In this document: positions 1-11,697 of the stretch, one piece after another | Numbering within the stretch: the first letter of the stretch is position 1 | Layout: the number at the start of each line of letters is the position of its first letter | Assembly: GCF_006345805.1 (NCBI RefSeq) | Contig: NW_021831675.1 | Location: 1 to 36,491, forward strand | Reading direction: 5' to 3' | Length of the DNA stretch: 36,491 bases | DNA from: Octopus sinensis | Taxonomy: Eukaryota | Made by a program: the position numbers and the translations under genes | Notes under the pieces: model-generated | Told to the model about the DNA's origin: nothing | What the model saw: the letters and a program-made list of their open reading frames with translations, nothing else | Database searches by the model: none

Positions 1-206
1 ACTTTGTGCGTCTCTTCGGTAGGGGGGCAGAGGACGGACTCGCAATTGGACATGAATTCAGCGATCTGCGCTTTCAAAACTTTAGCAAGGGATTGCCCAT
101 CCCTTTGTTGCTGTATCGGGACACCCAAAGCGTAGACGGGAAAGAGGAATAGTTTTGCCCATGAAAGAGCGTCGGAGTGTTTCTTCGTGGCATTTCCAAT
201 CAGGCC
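1..206 (-). mobile_element. CRE-like non-LTR retrotransposon ORF, downstream part of the copy that starts at 8566; runs off the window
   Basis: Minus frame reads GLIGNATKKHSDALSWAKLFLFPVYALGVP...SLAKVLKAQIAEF, the region that follows the RIPKxAR motif in CRE-type ORFs. It joins in frame to ...IQAALSLS at 8252. Confidence 0.65.
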
Positions 207-509
207 CTTTGTTGGTATTTTAATTATTTTTGTAATAATTTTGATGTTTAATTTATTTTTTGAATGGCTTGTCTAAAATTTTATTTTTACACTAGCTCGG
301 CAGCTCGCTTCGCTCACCGCGACCTAGCTCCTGCGGAGGGCCTGTTTCATCAAACAACTATAAGTTTATGTAGATGTATAAAATAAATTCTAGCTTTACG
401 AAAAACTTAACTAAATAGTTAATATTTTTACGCAAATTCTTCTGATGGCGCTGTCAATTGGTGGTAAATTGTGTTAATGATTGTGCTAATGTGGTTTCAA
501 CTATCAAAG

Positions 510-873
510 AAGGCCCTTGTATGGGATGTCACCGTTGTGGATACCTTTTCGAAATCGAGGATCCATTCTTCTGCGGCAAACCCTTGTTCGGCTGCAAACC
601 ACGCCGAAAAGATCAAAATACACAAATATTCTTCGCTCGCAGACCGCTACCGCGTTACGGCAATCGCTCTGGAGACCGCTGGAGTTGCAGGAAAGGAGAC
701 TGACTCGTTCCTCAAAGAGGTCGGGCAGTCCATCGGGAGAAGGCTCAAGGACTCGAGAGAGAGCCTCTGGTTCCGCCAGCGCATCGGCCTGGCCATTGTT
801 CGGGGCAACGCACACTGCGTCCTCGCCGCTGGAACTTAACTATTTTCGGTCTTTTTATAAAGATATTTCGATG
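510..873 (+). mobile_element. 5'-truncated CRE-like retrotransposon (RLE C-terminus) inserted in the Helitron
   Basis: ORF 471-839 contains ALVWDVTVVDT...EKIKIHKY...ALETAG...FRQRIGLAIVRGNA (restriction-like endonuclease tail). It is flanked by a 10-bp TSD ACTATCAAAG (500-509, 874-883). The empty site is seen in sister repeat units (near 976 and 33911-34200). Confidence 0.85.
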
Positions 874-1256
874 ACTATCAAAGTGTTTTTCAAAATCTGT
901 TAATTGCACACTCTATTCAAGGTCGTGCGTCAATTGGTGGTAAATTGTGTTAATGATTGTGCTAATGTGGTTTCAACTATCAAAGTGGTTTTTCAAAATC
1001 TGTTAATTCCACACTCTATTCAAAGTCGTGCAATCTGTAATTTCACATTCTGTCAAAGTCAAATATGATAATAGCTTTAATTTTGATTCATGTCGATAAT
1101 GATATATGCATTTAATTTTAAAGAGAAAACATAGGATGAATTGAATTTCTTTCTCGCGAATAATTAGGAGTTCATCAGTGTTAATATTCTCGCTGTCGTT
1201 TTCATCAAGGATATTCTTAATACGTGAGATTTTTGCCTTGAAGGTTTTAATGGACC

Positions 1257-4200
1257 TCATCATGAATGTCGAGGACATTAAAGTTGTTCATTTTAATCAA
1301 ATGCAGGAAATAATTTTTTGATTTTTTGGCGGGAAGGTTTCAAGGACCTCATCATGTAAGTCGAGGACATCGTAGTTGTTCATTTTTACCAAAATGCAGA
1401 AAATTTTTTTTAATTTTTTTTTGCGGGGAAGGTTTTAAGGACCTCATCATGTAAGTCGAGGACATCGTAGTTGTTCATTTTTACCAAAATGCAGAAAATT
1501 TTTTTTAATTTTTTTTTGGGGGGAAGGTTTTAAGGACCTCATCATGTAAGTCGAGGACATCGTAGTTGTTCATTTTAACCAAAATGCAGAAAATTTTTTT
1601 TTAATTTTTTTGGGGGGGGGATAGTTTTAAGGACCTCATCATGTAAGTCGAGGACATCGTAGTTGTTCATTTTAAACCAAAATGCAGAAAATTTTTTTTT
1701 AATTTTTTTGGGGGGGGGATAGTTTTAAGGACCTCATCATGTAAGTCGAGGACATCGTAGTTGTTCATTTTAACCAAAATGCAGAAAATTTTTTTTAATT
1801 TTTTTTGGGGGGAAGGTTTTAAGGACCTCATCATGTAAGTCGAGGACATCGTAGTTGTTCATTTTAACCAAAATGCAGAAATTTTTTTTTAATTTTTTTG
1901 GGGGGAAGGTTTTAAGGACCACATCATGTAAGTCGAGGACATCGTAGTTGTTCATTTTAACCAAAATGCAGAAAATTTTTTTTTAATTTTTTGGGGGGAA
2001 GGTTTTAAGGACCTCATCATGTAAGTCGAGGACATCGTAGTTGTTCATTTTAACCAAAATGCAGAAAATTTTTTTTTAATTTTTTTGGGGGAAGGTTTTA
2101 AGGACCACATCATGTAAGTCGAGGACATCGTAGTTGTTCATTTTAACCAAAATGCAGAAAATTTTTTTTAATTTTTTGGGGGGAAGGTTTTAAGGACCTC
2201 ATCATGTAAGTCGAGGACATCGTAGTTGTTCATTTTAACCAAAATGCAGAAATTTTTTTTTTAATTTTTTGGGGGGAAGGTTTTAAGGACCACATCATGT
2301 AAGTCGAGGACATCGTAGTTGTTCATTTTAACCAAAATGCAGAAAATTTTTTTTTAATTTTTTTGGGGGAAGGTTTTAAGGACCACATCATGTAAGTCGA
2401 GGACATCGTAGTTGTTCATTTTAACCAAAATGCAGAAAATTTTTTTTTAATTTTTTTGGGGGAAGGTTTTAAGGACCACATCATGTAAGTCGAGGACATC
2501 GTAGTTGTTCATTTTAACCAAAATGCAGAAAATTTTTTTTTAATTTTTTTGGGGGAAGGTTTTAAGGACCACATCATGTAAGTCGAGGACATCGTAGTTG
2601 TTCATTTTAACCAAAATGCAGAAATTTTTTTTTAATTTTTTTGGGGGGAAGGTTTTAAGGACCTCATCATGTAAGTCGAGGACATCGTAGTTGTTCATTT
2701 TAACCAAAATGCAGAAAATTTTTTTTTAATTTTTTGGGGGGAAGTTTTTAAGGACCACATCATGTAAGTCGAGGACATCGTAGTTGTTCATTTTAACCAA
2801 AATGCAGAAAATTTTTTTTTAATTTTTTTTGGGGGGAAGGTTTTAAGGACCACATCATGTAAGTCGAGGACATCGTAGTTGTTCATTTTAACCAAAATGC
2901 AGAAAATTTTTTTTTAATTTTTTTGGGGGGAAGGTTTTAAGGACCACATCATGTAAGTCGAGGACATCGTAGTTGTTCATTTTAACCAAAATGCAGAAAT
3001 TTTTTTTTAATTTTTTTGGGGGGAAGGTTTTAAGGACCTCATCATGTAAGTCGAGGACATCGTAGTTGTTCATTTTAACCAAAATGCAGAAAATTTTTTT
3101 TAATTTTTTGGGGGGAAGGTTTTAAGGACCACATCATGTAAGTCGAGGACATCGTAGTTGTTCATTTTAACCAAAATGCAGAAATTTTTTTTTAATTTTT
3201 TTGGGGGGAAGGTTTTAAGGACCACATCATGTAAGTCGAGGACATCGTAGTTGTTCATTTTAACCAAAATGCAGAAATTTTTTTTTAATTTTTTTGGGGG
3301 GAAGGTTTTAAGGACCACATCATGTAAGTCGAGGACATCGTAGTTGTTCATTTTAAACCAAAATGCAGAAAATTTTTTTTTAATTTTTTTGGGGGGAAGG
3401 TTTTAAGGACCACATCATGTAAGTCGAGGACATCGTAGTTGTTCATTTTAACCAAAATGCAGAAAATTTTTTTTTTAATTTTTGGGGGGGGTTTTGGGTT
3501 GAGGGAGGTGGGGGGGGAAGTTTTTAAGGACCACATCATGTAAGTCGAGGACATCGTAGTTGTTCATTTTAACCAAAATGCAGAAAATTTTTTTTAATTT
3601 TTTTGGGGGGAAGGTTTTAAGGACCACATCATGTAAGTCGAGGACATCGTAGTTGTTCATTTTAACCAAAATGCAGAAATTTTTTTTTAATTTTTTGGGG
3701 GGAAGGTTTTAAGGACCACATCATGTAAGTCGAGGACATCGTAGTTGTTCATTTTAAACCAAAATGCAGAAATTTTTTTTTAATTTTTTTGGGGGGAAGG
3801 TTTTAAGGACCCATCATGTAAGTCGAGGACATCGTAGTTGTTCATTTTAACCAAAATGCAGAAATTTTTTTTTTAATTTTTTTGGGGGAAGGTTTTAAGG
3901 ACCTCATCATGTAAGTCGAGGACATCGTAGTTGTTCATTTTAACCAAAATGCAGAAATTTTTTTTAATTTTTTTGGGGGGAAGGTTTTAAGGACCTCATC
4001 ATGTAAGTCGAGGACATCGTAGTTGTTCATTTTAACCAAAATGCAGAAAATTTTTTTTTAATTTTTTTGGGGGGAAGGTTTTAAGGACCACATCATGTAA
4101 GTCGAGGACATCGTAGTTGTTCATTTTAACCAAAATGCAGAAAATTTTTTTTTAATTTTTTGGGGGGAAGGTTTTAAGGACCACATCATGTAAGTCGAGG

Positions 4201-7200
4201 ACATCGTAGTTGTTCATTTTAACCAAAATGCAGAAAATTTTTTTTTAATTTTTTTGGGGGGAAGGTTTTAAGGACCACATCATGTAAGTCGAGGACATCG
4301 TAGTTGTTCATTTTAACCAAAATGCAGAAAATTTTTTTTTAATTTTTTTGGGGGGAAGGTTTTAAGGACTCATCATGTAAGTCGAGGACATTGTAGTTGT
4401 TCATTTTAACCAAAATGCAGAAAATTTTTTTTTAATTTTTTTGGGGGGAAGGTTTTAAGGACCTCATCATGTAAGTCGAGGACATCGTAGTTGTTCATTT
4501 TAACCAAAATGCAGAAAAATTTTTTTTTAATTTTTTTGGGGGGAAGGTTTTAAGGACCACATCATGTAAGTCGAGGACATTGTAGTTGTTCATTTTAACC
4601 AAAATGCAGAAATTTTTTTTTAATTTTTTTTGGGGGAAGGTTTTAAGGACCTCATCATGTAAGTCGAGGACATCGTAGTTGTTTCATTTTAACCAAAATG
4701 CAGAAAATTTTTTTTTTAATTTTTTTGGGGGGAAGGTTTTAAGGACCACATCATGTAAGTCGAGGACATCGTAGTTGTTGTTCATTTTAACCAAAATGCA
4801 GAAATTTTTTTTTTAATTTTTTTGGGGGGAAGGTTTTAAGGACCTCATCATGTAAGTCGAGGACATCGTAGTTGTTCATTTTAACCAAAATGCAGAAAAT
4901 TTTTTTTTAATTTTTTTTGGGGGGAAGTTTTTAAGGACCACATCATGTAAGTCGAGGACATCGTAGTTGTTCATTTTAACCAAAATGCAGAAATTTTTTT
5001 TTTAATTTTTTTGGGGGGAAGGTTTTAAGGACCACATCATGTAAGTCGAGGACATCGTAGTTGTTCATTTTAACCAAAATGCAGAAAATTTTTTTTTAAT
5101 TTTTTTGGGGGAAGGTTTTAAGGACCACATCATGTAAGTCGAGGACATCGTAGTTGTTCATTTTAACCAAAATGCAGAAAATTTTTTTTTAATTTTTTTG
5201 GGGGGAAGGTTTTAAGGACCACATCATGTAAGTCGAGGACATCGTAGTTGTTCATTTTAACCAAAATGCAGAAAATTTTTTTTTTAATTTTTTTGGGGGG
5301 AAGGTTTTAAGGACCACATCATGTAAGTCGAGGACATCGTAGTTGTTCATTTTAACCAAAATGCAGAAATTTTTTTTTAATTTTTTTTGGGGGGAAGGTT
5401 TTAAGGACCACATCATGTAAGTCGAGGACATCGTAGTTGTTCATTTTAACCAAAATGCAGAAAATTTTTTTTTAATTTTTTTGGGGGGAAGGTTTTAAGG
5501 ACCACATCATGTAAGTCGAGGACATCGTAGTTGTTCATTTTAACCAAAATGCAGAAATTTTTTTTTAATTTTTTGGGGGGAGGTTTTAAGGACCTCATCA
5601 TGTAGTCGAGGACATCGTAGTTGTTCATTTTAACCAAAATGCAGAAATTTTTTTTTATTTTTTTGGGGGAAGGTTTTAAGGACCTCATCATGTAAGTCGA
5701 GGACATCGTAGTTGTTCATTTTAACCAAAATGCAGAAAATTTTTTTTAATTTTTTTGGGGGAAGGTTTTAAGGACCACATCATGTAAGTCGAGGACATCG
5801 TAGTTGTTCATTTTAACCAAAATGCAGAAATTTTTTTTTTTATTTTTTTGGGGGGAAGGTTTTAAGGACCTCATCATGTAAGTCGAGGACATCGTAGTTG
5901 TTCATTTTAACCAAAATGCAGAAATTTTTTTTTATTTTTTTTGGGGGAAGGTTTTAAGGACCTCATCATGTAAGTCGAGGACATCGTAGTTGTTCATTTT
6001 AACCAAAATGCAGAAAATTTTTTTTTAATTTTTTTGGGGGAAGGTTTTAAGGACCACATCATGTAAGTCGAGGACATCGTAGTTGTTCATTTTAACCAAA
6101 ATGCAGAAAATTTTTTTTTAATTTTTTTGGGGGAAGGTTTTAAGGACCACATCATGTAAGTCGAGGACATCGTAGTTGTTCATTTTAACCAAAATGCAGA
6201 ATTTTTTTTTTAATTTTTTTGGGGGGAAGGTTTTAAGGACCTCATCATGTAAGTCGAGGACATCGTAGTTGTTCATTTTAACCAAAATGCAGAATTTTTT
6301 TTTTAATTTTTTTGGGGGGAAGGTTTTAAGGACCTCATCATGTAAGTCGAGGACATCGTAGTTGTTCATTTTAACCAAATGCAGAAAATTTTTTTTTAAT
6401 TTTTTTGGGGGGAAGGTTTTAAGGACCACATCATGTAAGTCGAGGACATCGTAGTTGTTCATTTTAACCAAAATGCAGAAAATTTTTTTTTAATTTTTTT
6501 GGGGGGAAGGTTTTAAGGACCTCATCATGTAAGTCGAGGACATCGTAGTTGTTCATTTTAACCAAAATGCAGAAAATTTTTTTTTATTTTTTTGGGGGGA
6601 AGGTTTTAAGGACCACATCATGTAAGTCGAGGACATCGTAGTTGTTCATTTTAACCAAAATGCAGAAAATTTTTTTTTAATTTTTTTGGGGGGAAGGTTT
6701 TAAGGACCACATCATGTAAGTCGAGGACATCGTAGTTGTTCATTTTAACCAAAATGCAGAAATTTTTTTTTTAATTTTTTTGGGGGGAAGGTTTTAAGGA
6801 CCTCATCATGTAAGTCGAGGACATCGTAGTTGTTCATTTTAACCAAAATGCAGAAATTTTTTTTTAATTTTTTGGGGGGAAGTTTTTAAGGACCTCATCA
6901 TGTAAGTCGAGGACATCGTAGTTGTTCATTTTAACCAAAATGCAGAAAATTTTTTTTTTAATTTTTTTGGGGGGAAGGTTTTAAGGACCACATCATGTAA
7001 GTCGAGGACATCGTAGTTGTTCATTTTAACCAAAATGCAGAAATTTTTTTTTTAATTTTTTTTGGGGGAAGGTTTTAAGGACCTCATCATGTAAGTCGAG
7101 GACATCGTAGTTGTTCATTTTAACCAAAATGCAGAAATTTTTTTTTTAATTTTTTGGGGGAAGGTTTTAAGGACCACATCATGTAAGTCGAGGACATTGT

Positions 7201-7390
7201 AGTTGTTCATTTTAAACCAAAATGCAGAAATTTTTTTTTATTTTTTTTTTGGGGGGAAGGTTTTAAGGACCTCATCATGTAAGTCGAGGACATCGTAGTT
7301 GTTCATTTTAACCAAAATGCAGAAAATTTTTTTTAATTTTTTTGGGGGGAAGGTTTTAAGGACCACATCATGTAAGTCGAGGACATCGTA
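1257..7390. repeat. Minisatellite, ~93-96 bp unit, about 64 copies (span divided by period)
   Basis: Unit GTAAGTCGAGGACATCGTAGTTGTTCATTTTAACCAAAATGCAGAAA(T)nAA(T)n(G)nAAGGTTTTAAGGACC(T/A)CATCAT. Variation is almost confined to homopolymer lengths and one T/A site. Confidence 0.97.
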
Positions 7391-7412
7391 TTGCCAATTT
7401 GAAGTTGGTGTG

Positions 7413-7441
7413 CACACACAGACAGACAGACAGACACACAC
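7413..7441. repeat. (CA)/(GACA)n microsatellite near the Helitron 5' end
   Basis: CACACACAGACAGACAGACAGACACACAC; the counterpart lies at about 32748-32785 in the right copy. Confidence 0.9.
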
Positions 7442-7499
7442 CATACCATTTTATTATTAGGATATCAAATTATGACATGCAATGCGACAATTAAAATAT

Positions 7500-7585
7500 A
7501 GGGTTAGGGTCTTGGTTAGGGTTATGGTTAGGGTTAGGGTCTTGGTTAGGTTTATTGTTAGGGTTAGGGTTATGGTTAGGGTTAG
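7500..7585 (+). repeat. Degenerate interstitial TTAGGG-like repeat with a 30-bp higher-order unit
   Basis: GGGTTAGGGTCTTGGTTAGGGTTATGGTTA twice (7501-7560) plus a partial third unit. Confidence 0.85.
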
Positions 7586-8251
7586 TTAACATCCACATCT
7601 ACGAAGTGGTGGAAATTCTATAAAATCTGAAACAACTGAGAGATCTTCGAAGAAAATGTCAGAAATATCTCCATAATTCGTACATTATAAATTGACAATT
7701 TTATTTTTATAAATGGGTTTACCATTGGTTACTTTACCTTAAAAATAAAATTAAAAAAAGGTTTCTGAAGGATTTTAATATAATTTTGTTTTTAACTATA
7801 TTTAATTGGCTTTGTACATTGTAATGACATTTATTTGAAATATTTATCATATGATTTATAATTATTCTATTTATTTTTCTGAAATTAAGGCAGTACTAAT
7901 GTGATTATAATTTTATTAATCTAGAAATATTTTGACACCACGCAAGTATGCAAGTGTTCCCCTTTTGGGTATTTCATTTATTAAGTGTATGAAATATCTA
8001 ATAAGGGTAGGGTCCCATTAAGCCTGGGGGCCTTCCATGCCTGTGACATTATATTTATACGATTTTTTATTCATTGATAATTCAGAACCCAAAAAACTGA
8101 ACAAATTTATTTAGTATCTAGTATGTCCTCCATTAGCTCTAATTACATGTATACGGCCTGGCATGCTATCAATAAGACCTTTTGCGTATTCTATTTTGAG
8201 ATCATTCCAAATAGATGATATTTCTCAAATAAATGTTCCTTTTTCAAAAAT

Positions 8252-8566
8252 GGACAAAGAGAGAGCAGCTTGAATCCTCGCTGCCTTCGGTATCCGTGCC
8301 GGAATTTGGCGGTTACAGCGAGAAGAATAGATGAATCTTAAAGCATCTTCGGCTGACGGAGATGGACTTTCAGCAGGGATTTCCAGCGGACTGTTGGCCG
8401 GGACCGGCCTGCAAGAACGACAAGCAGGGCAGTTCCAGGTTATGAGAGAAGCTGAAACGCGCCTGGAAAGTCGAACACACGAAAGGTGAAAGAAACTGTT
8501 GGAGCCAGAACAGTATCTACCTTTCTTCCGATCGTTGCTAGTTTTGCACGAAGAGCAAATAGCCAT
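8252..8566 (-). mobile_element. CRE-like retrotransposon ORF 5' end with a degenerate PHD-type finger
   Basis: MAICSSC...YCSGS..FHLSC...WNCPAC followed by IPARIPKAARIQAALSLS. It continues at 206. Confidence 0.7.
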
Positions 8567-8735
8567 CGTAAGAAAGAAATAGAAAAGAAAGATGGAAAGG
8601 TATAAAAAAGAAATAGAAAAGAAAGATGGACAGAAAGAAATGAAATAAAGAAATGGAAGAGATAGAAGGACAAATAAAATGAAAGAAAAAGAAATGATAG
8701 ATGGAGAAATAAAGTGAAAGAAAAAGATAAGATAG
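8567..8735. repeat. Purine-rich (GAAA) low-complexity tract
   Basis: GAAATAGAAAAGAAAGATGGA occurs twice among GA-rich runs. It is pyrimidine-rich on the CRE sense strand and may be its leader. Confidence 0.7.
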
Positions 8736-8909
8736 GTTGACAAATATACTGACTATTTGAGTTGTTTTTGACCAATGTGGATTGTTAATATTCTGACCAA
8801 CAAGGACCACAACCACAATTGCCGACTTCTTAAGCAATGACCTTGCAAAGGCGAAACTAATTTGGTTTTATTTGGTTATATATAAATTAATACCGACTAT
8901 AACATTTTA

Positions 8910-9040
8910 CAGTAAACTCTCTAGAATCTGGCAATTCTTAAATTTGCCAATTCTGAAATTCGCCATTTTTTATCGATTCTTTCTACTTTTCAATGATATT
9001 TGCCAATTCTGAAATTTGCCACAATTTTTGAAAATTCTCT
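8910..9040 (+). mobile_element. Possible pogo/Tigger-type terminal fragment
   Basis: TA|CAGTAAACTCTC start and an internal TTGCCAATTCTGAAATT repeated twice. No matching second end was found. Confidence 0.3.
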
Positions 9041-9090
9041 TTATTAATTAAAAAAATTCTTTTTTATTGAAAAAAATAAAAAAAATTTAA

Positions 9091-11650
9091 AGCAAGCATG
9101 GGTCGCACTGTTACTGTTGGAAGCTACACTAGACTTACAATTGCTCAATTTATAAAAATAATAGACTGAAGGGAAAGAAGGGTTCCATAAATGTCGTCCA
9201 CGTAAAGTTCCGCTGCTTACTAAGAAACACGTCCATGCACGGATAAAATATGCCAAAAAAATTTTACTTAAAGACGACGACTATCTTATTTGGTCGGATG
9301 AAACAAAGATAGAAATTTTTGGACACAATTATACAAGCTACGTGTGGCTTAAATCGAAGGATGAATATCGTCCAAAAAATACCATATCAACAGTTAAACA
9401 TGGAGTTGGTAGTATTATGCTATGGGGGTGTTTTTCTTCTTGGGGCATTGGAGAACTTCATGTGATTGACGGAATATTGAATGCTTCTAAATACTGTGAT
9501 ATTTTGGAAAAAAATCTATTTTCGTGAATTGAGAAATGTGGTATTGCAGGAAATTGGACATTTCAAAAGACAATGATCCAAAGCACACCCCAAAAAAACT
9601 CAAAAATGGCTAGAAGAACATTTGATTGATACCCTTGAATGGCCAAGTCAGTCCCCAGATCTTAATCCGAGTGAAAACCTTTGGAAGGAATTAAAAGCCA
9701 AAGTATGGGCGCATAATCCAAAAAATATCGCGGAATTAAAATCATTTTGTTTTGAAGAATGGAATAAAATTCCTGTTGAAACTTGTAAAAAGCTTGTTAA
9801 CAATTATAAAAATCGCTTAAATGCAGTTTTGGAGAATAACGGATACTTTACCTGCTGGAGTGCTGTCGCGAACTGGTTCCGTTCGCTTATCCCATTGTAC
9901 ATCTCTCATACGCTTCTCCGAGTATCCTCATGTTCGACGATGTTCCCATCTCTTCGGCCACCGGGGTCCAACAGGGAGATCCCCTGGGTCCTGTCCTTTT
10001 TGCCTTGGGCGTTAACAGTATCGCTCACTCTGTTCGATCCCCAGTTAACATATGGTATCTGGATGACGCAACCATTTGCGGTCCCCCCGACGCTGTTTTC
10101 GACGACCTTCGTTCTATCCTCCCTTCCCTCTCGGACATCGGCCTATCTATAAACGCCAATAAATCCGAAATCGTGAACATTGCCTTAAATCCGAGTGACT
10201 TCACTGCTTCAATTTCCACGTGCCGAGGCATTCTCTCAGACGTCCGGATTACGGACAAATCAAATCTTACGATTCTCGGTGCCCCCATGGGGCCTTCTGC
10301 CCTCGAATGCTCACTCGCTGGAAAAATTTCCCACTTATCCAAAATGATCGACAAGCTTAAAGTCATCGAGCCTCATGTGGCTTTTTTCCTCCTCCGAAAC
10401 CACTTCTCCGTCCCTAAGATCCTTTACACCCTAAGATGTGCACCCTGCTTTCAAAGAGGCGACCTTCTTTCCGACCTTGACAATATCCTCAGGCTCGGTA
10501 CGAGCTCTCTTTGCAATCTGGCTTTCGACGATCCAGGCTGGACTCAGGCATCCCTGCCTGTGCGCTGGGGTGGCCTTGGCTTGAGATCCTATTCCGATCT
10601 TGCCCTCCCGGCATTCCTATCCGCTCATCACGCTTCTCGTACTCTCTCAGACATCGTTCTTAGAAACCTCCCCGAACGGAAATTGTCTGAAGTTTACTCT
10701 GCAGCCCGTGGTCGGTGGGAGGCTCGGTTTGGTTCGTAGCTGCCCAACTCTCAATCTGTACAGCGCCAATGGGACGAAATCTCTTGTCAGGCAATCTTCG
10801 AAGGCCTGCTTCCTGTCTCCAATCAACACCGTGTCGCTTGCCTCCGTGCAGGTCGCTGTGAAAGCAGCGGTGTCTGGTTAAAGGCTCTCCCTCTCCCTTC
10901 CATCGGGAACCTGTTGGACAAGGAATGCCTAAGAATTGCAATCTCCCTCCGTGTCGGGCTGAAAATCTGCCAGTCGCACAAATGCCGTTGTGGGGGAACT
11001 GTTGACGAGTACGGTTTGCATCCCCTCGCTTGCCGGCGGAGTGCCGGTCGTGCCCCCCGTCACAGTGAACTCAACTCAGTCGTACAGAGAGCCCTCGCCT
11101 CAGCAGGCATCCCGTCTATCCTTGAACCTGTTGGATTGGATAGAGGGGATGGCAAACGCCCTGACGGCATGTCCACCTTCCCCTACGAGCAGGGGAAATC
11201 CCTTATTTGGGATTCTACCTGCTCGGACACGTTCTCGCTGGGAAATCTCGCGCTGTCCGCCGCCAATCCTGGGCACGCTTCCAGGCAGGCCGAGGAGCGA
11301 AAGATTCTCAAGTACGGCCACCTGTCCAACTCGCTGCTCTTTACTCCAATTGCCGTGGAGTCCTCCGGGATCTTCGGTCCCAAGACACTCCGCTTCCTTC
11401 GCTCGCTCGGTCGACGGATTTCAAGGACTAGTCACGATCCAAGAGAGTTTTCTTGGCTCCTGGAACGTCTGTCGATTGCTGTGATCCGAGGGAACGTCTT
11501 CGCCATTCGCGCGGCTGGTCGGGTGTCTCGTGAGGCCTTTAACTAACTTAGCTATCTGTAATTTTTGTCTTGTTTGTATAAATTTGTTGATTTTGTAAAA
11601 AAAAAAAAAAAACTTTACAAAGTATTAAGTAATTTGTCCAAGACTAATTA
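9091..11650 (+). mobile_element. Degenerate Tc1 (DD34E) transposon, interrupted by the CRE-like insertion at 9852-11611 and cut by the RTE insertion at 11651
   Basis: PRKVPLLTKKH...WSDETKIE...TVKHGVGSIMLWGCF...DNDPKH...EWPSQSPDLNPSENLW...NGYFT, resuming as KY* at 11619-11628. It has a stop and frameshifts. Confidence 0.9.
9852..11611 (+). mobile_element. 5'-truncated CRE-like non-LTR retrotransposon (RT, zinc knuckle, RLE)
   Basis: GVQQGDPLGP, WYLDD, ASLPVRWGGLG, CRCGG...GLHPLAC...RHSELN, KRPDG...WDSTC...AVIRGN. One in-frame TAG (10737-10739). Poly-A at 11597-11611 and TSD ACTTTAC (9845-9851, 11612-11618). Confidence 0.92.
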
Positions 11651-11697
11651 TTATTATTATTAGCACTGTCATAGGAACATAATGTAATTTAAACTAA

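Larger units (their letters stand above)
292..7462 (-). mobile_element. Non-autonomous Helitron (left copy), internally deleted, carrying a large minisatellite
   Basis: On the minus strand the 5' end is A|TCCTAATAATAAAATGG (7462) followed by a (TGTC)n microsatellite. The 3' end is a GC hairpin (GCGAAGC core) then CTAG|T at 292. It is near-identical to the right copy, which retains a Helitron helicase fragment. Confidence 0.9.

Noticed and set aside
1257-7390. CRISPR-like array
   Set aside because: There are no unique spacers, the whole unit repeats, no cas genes are present, and the context is eukaryotic.
1667-7444. ORFs with a 31-aa repeat (MNNYDVLDLHDVVLKTFPP...), also at 33071-33544
   Set aside because: These are translations of the minisatellite; frames break wherever homopolymer lengths change.
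7500-7585. True chromosome end
   Set aside because: The tract is short, degenerate and flanked by ordinary sequence on both sides.
8567-8837. Hydrophobic F/L/S-rich ORFs resembling membrane proteins
   Set aside because: They are translations of the GAAA low-complexity tract.
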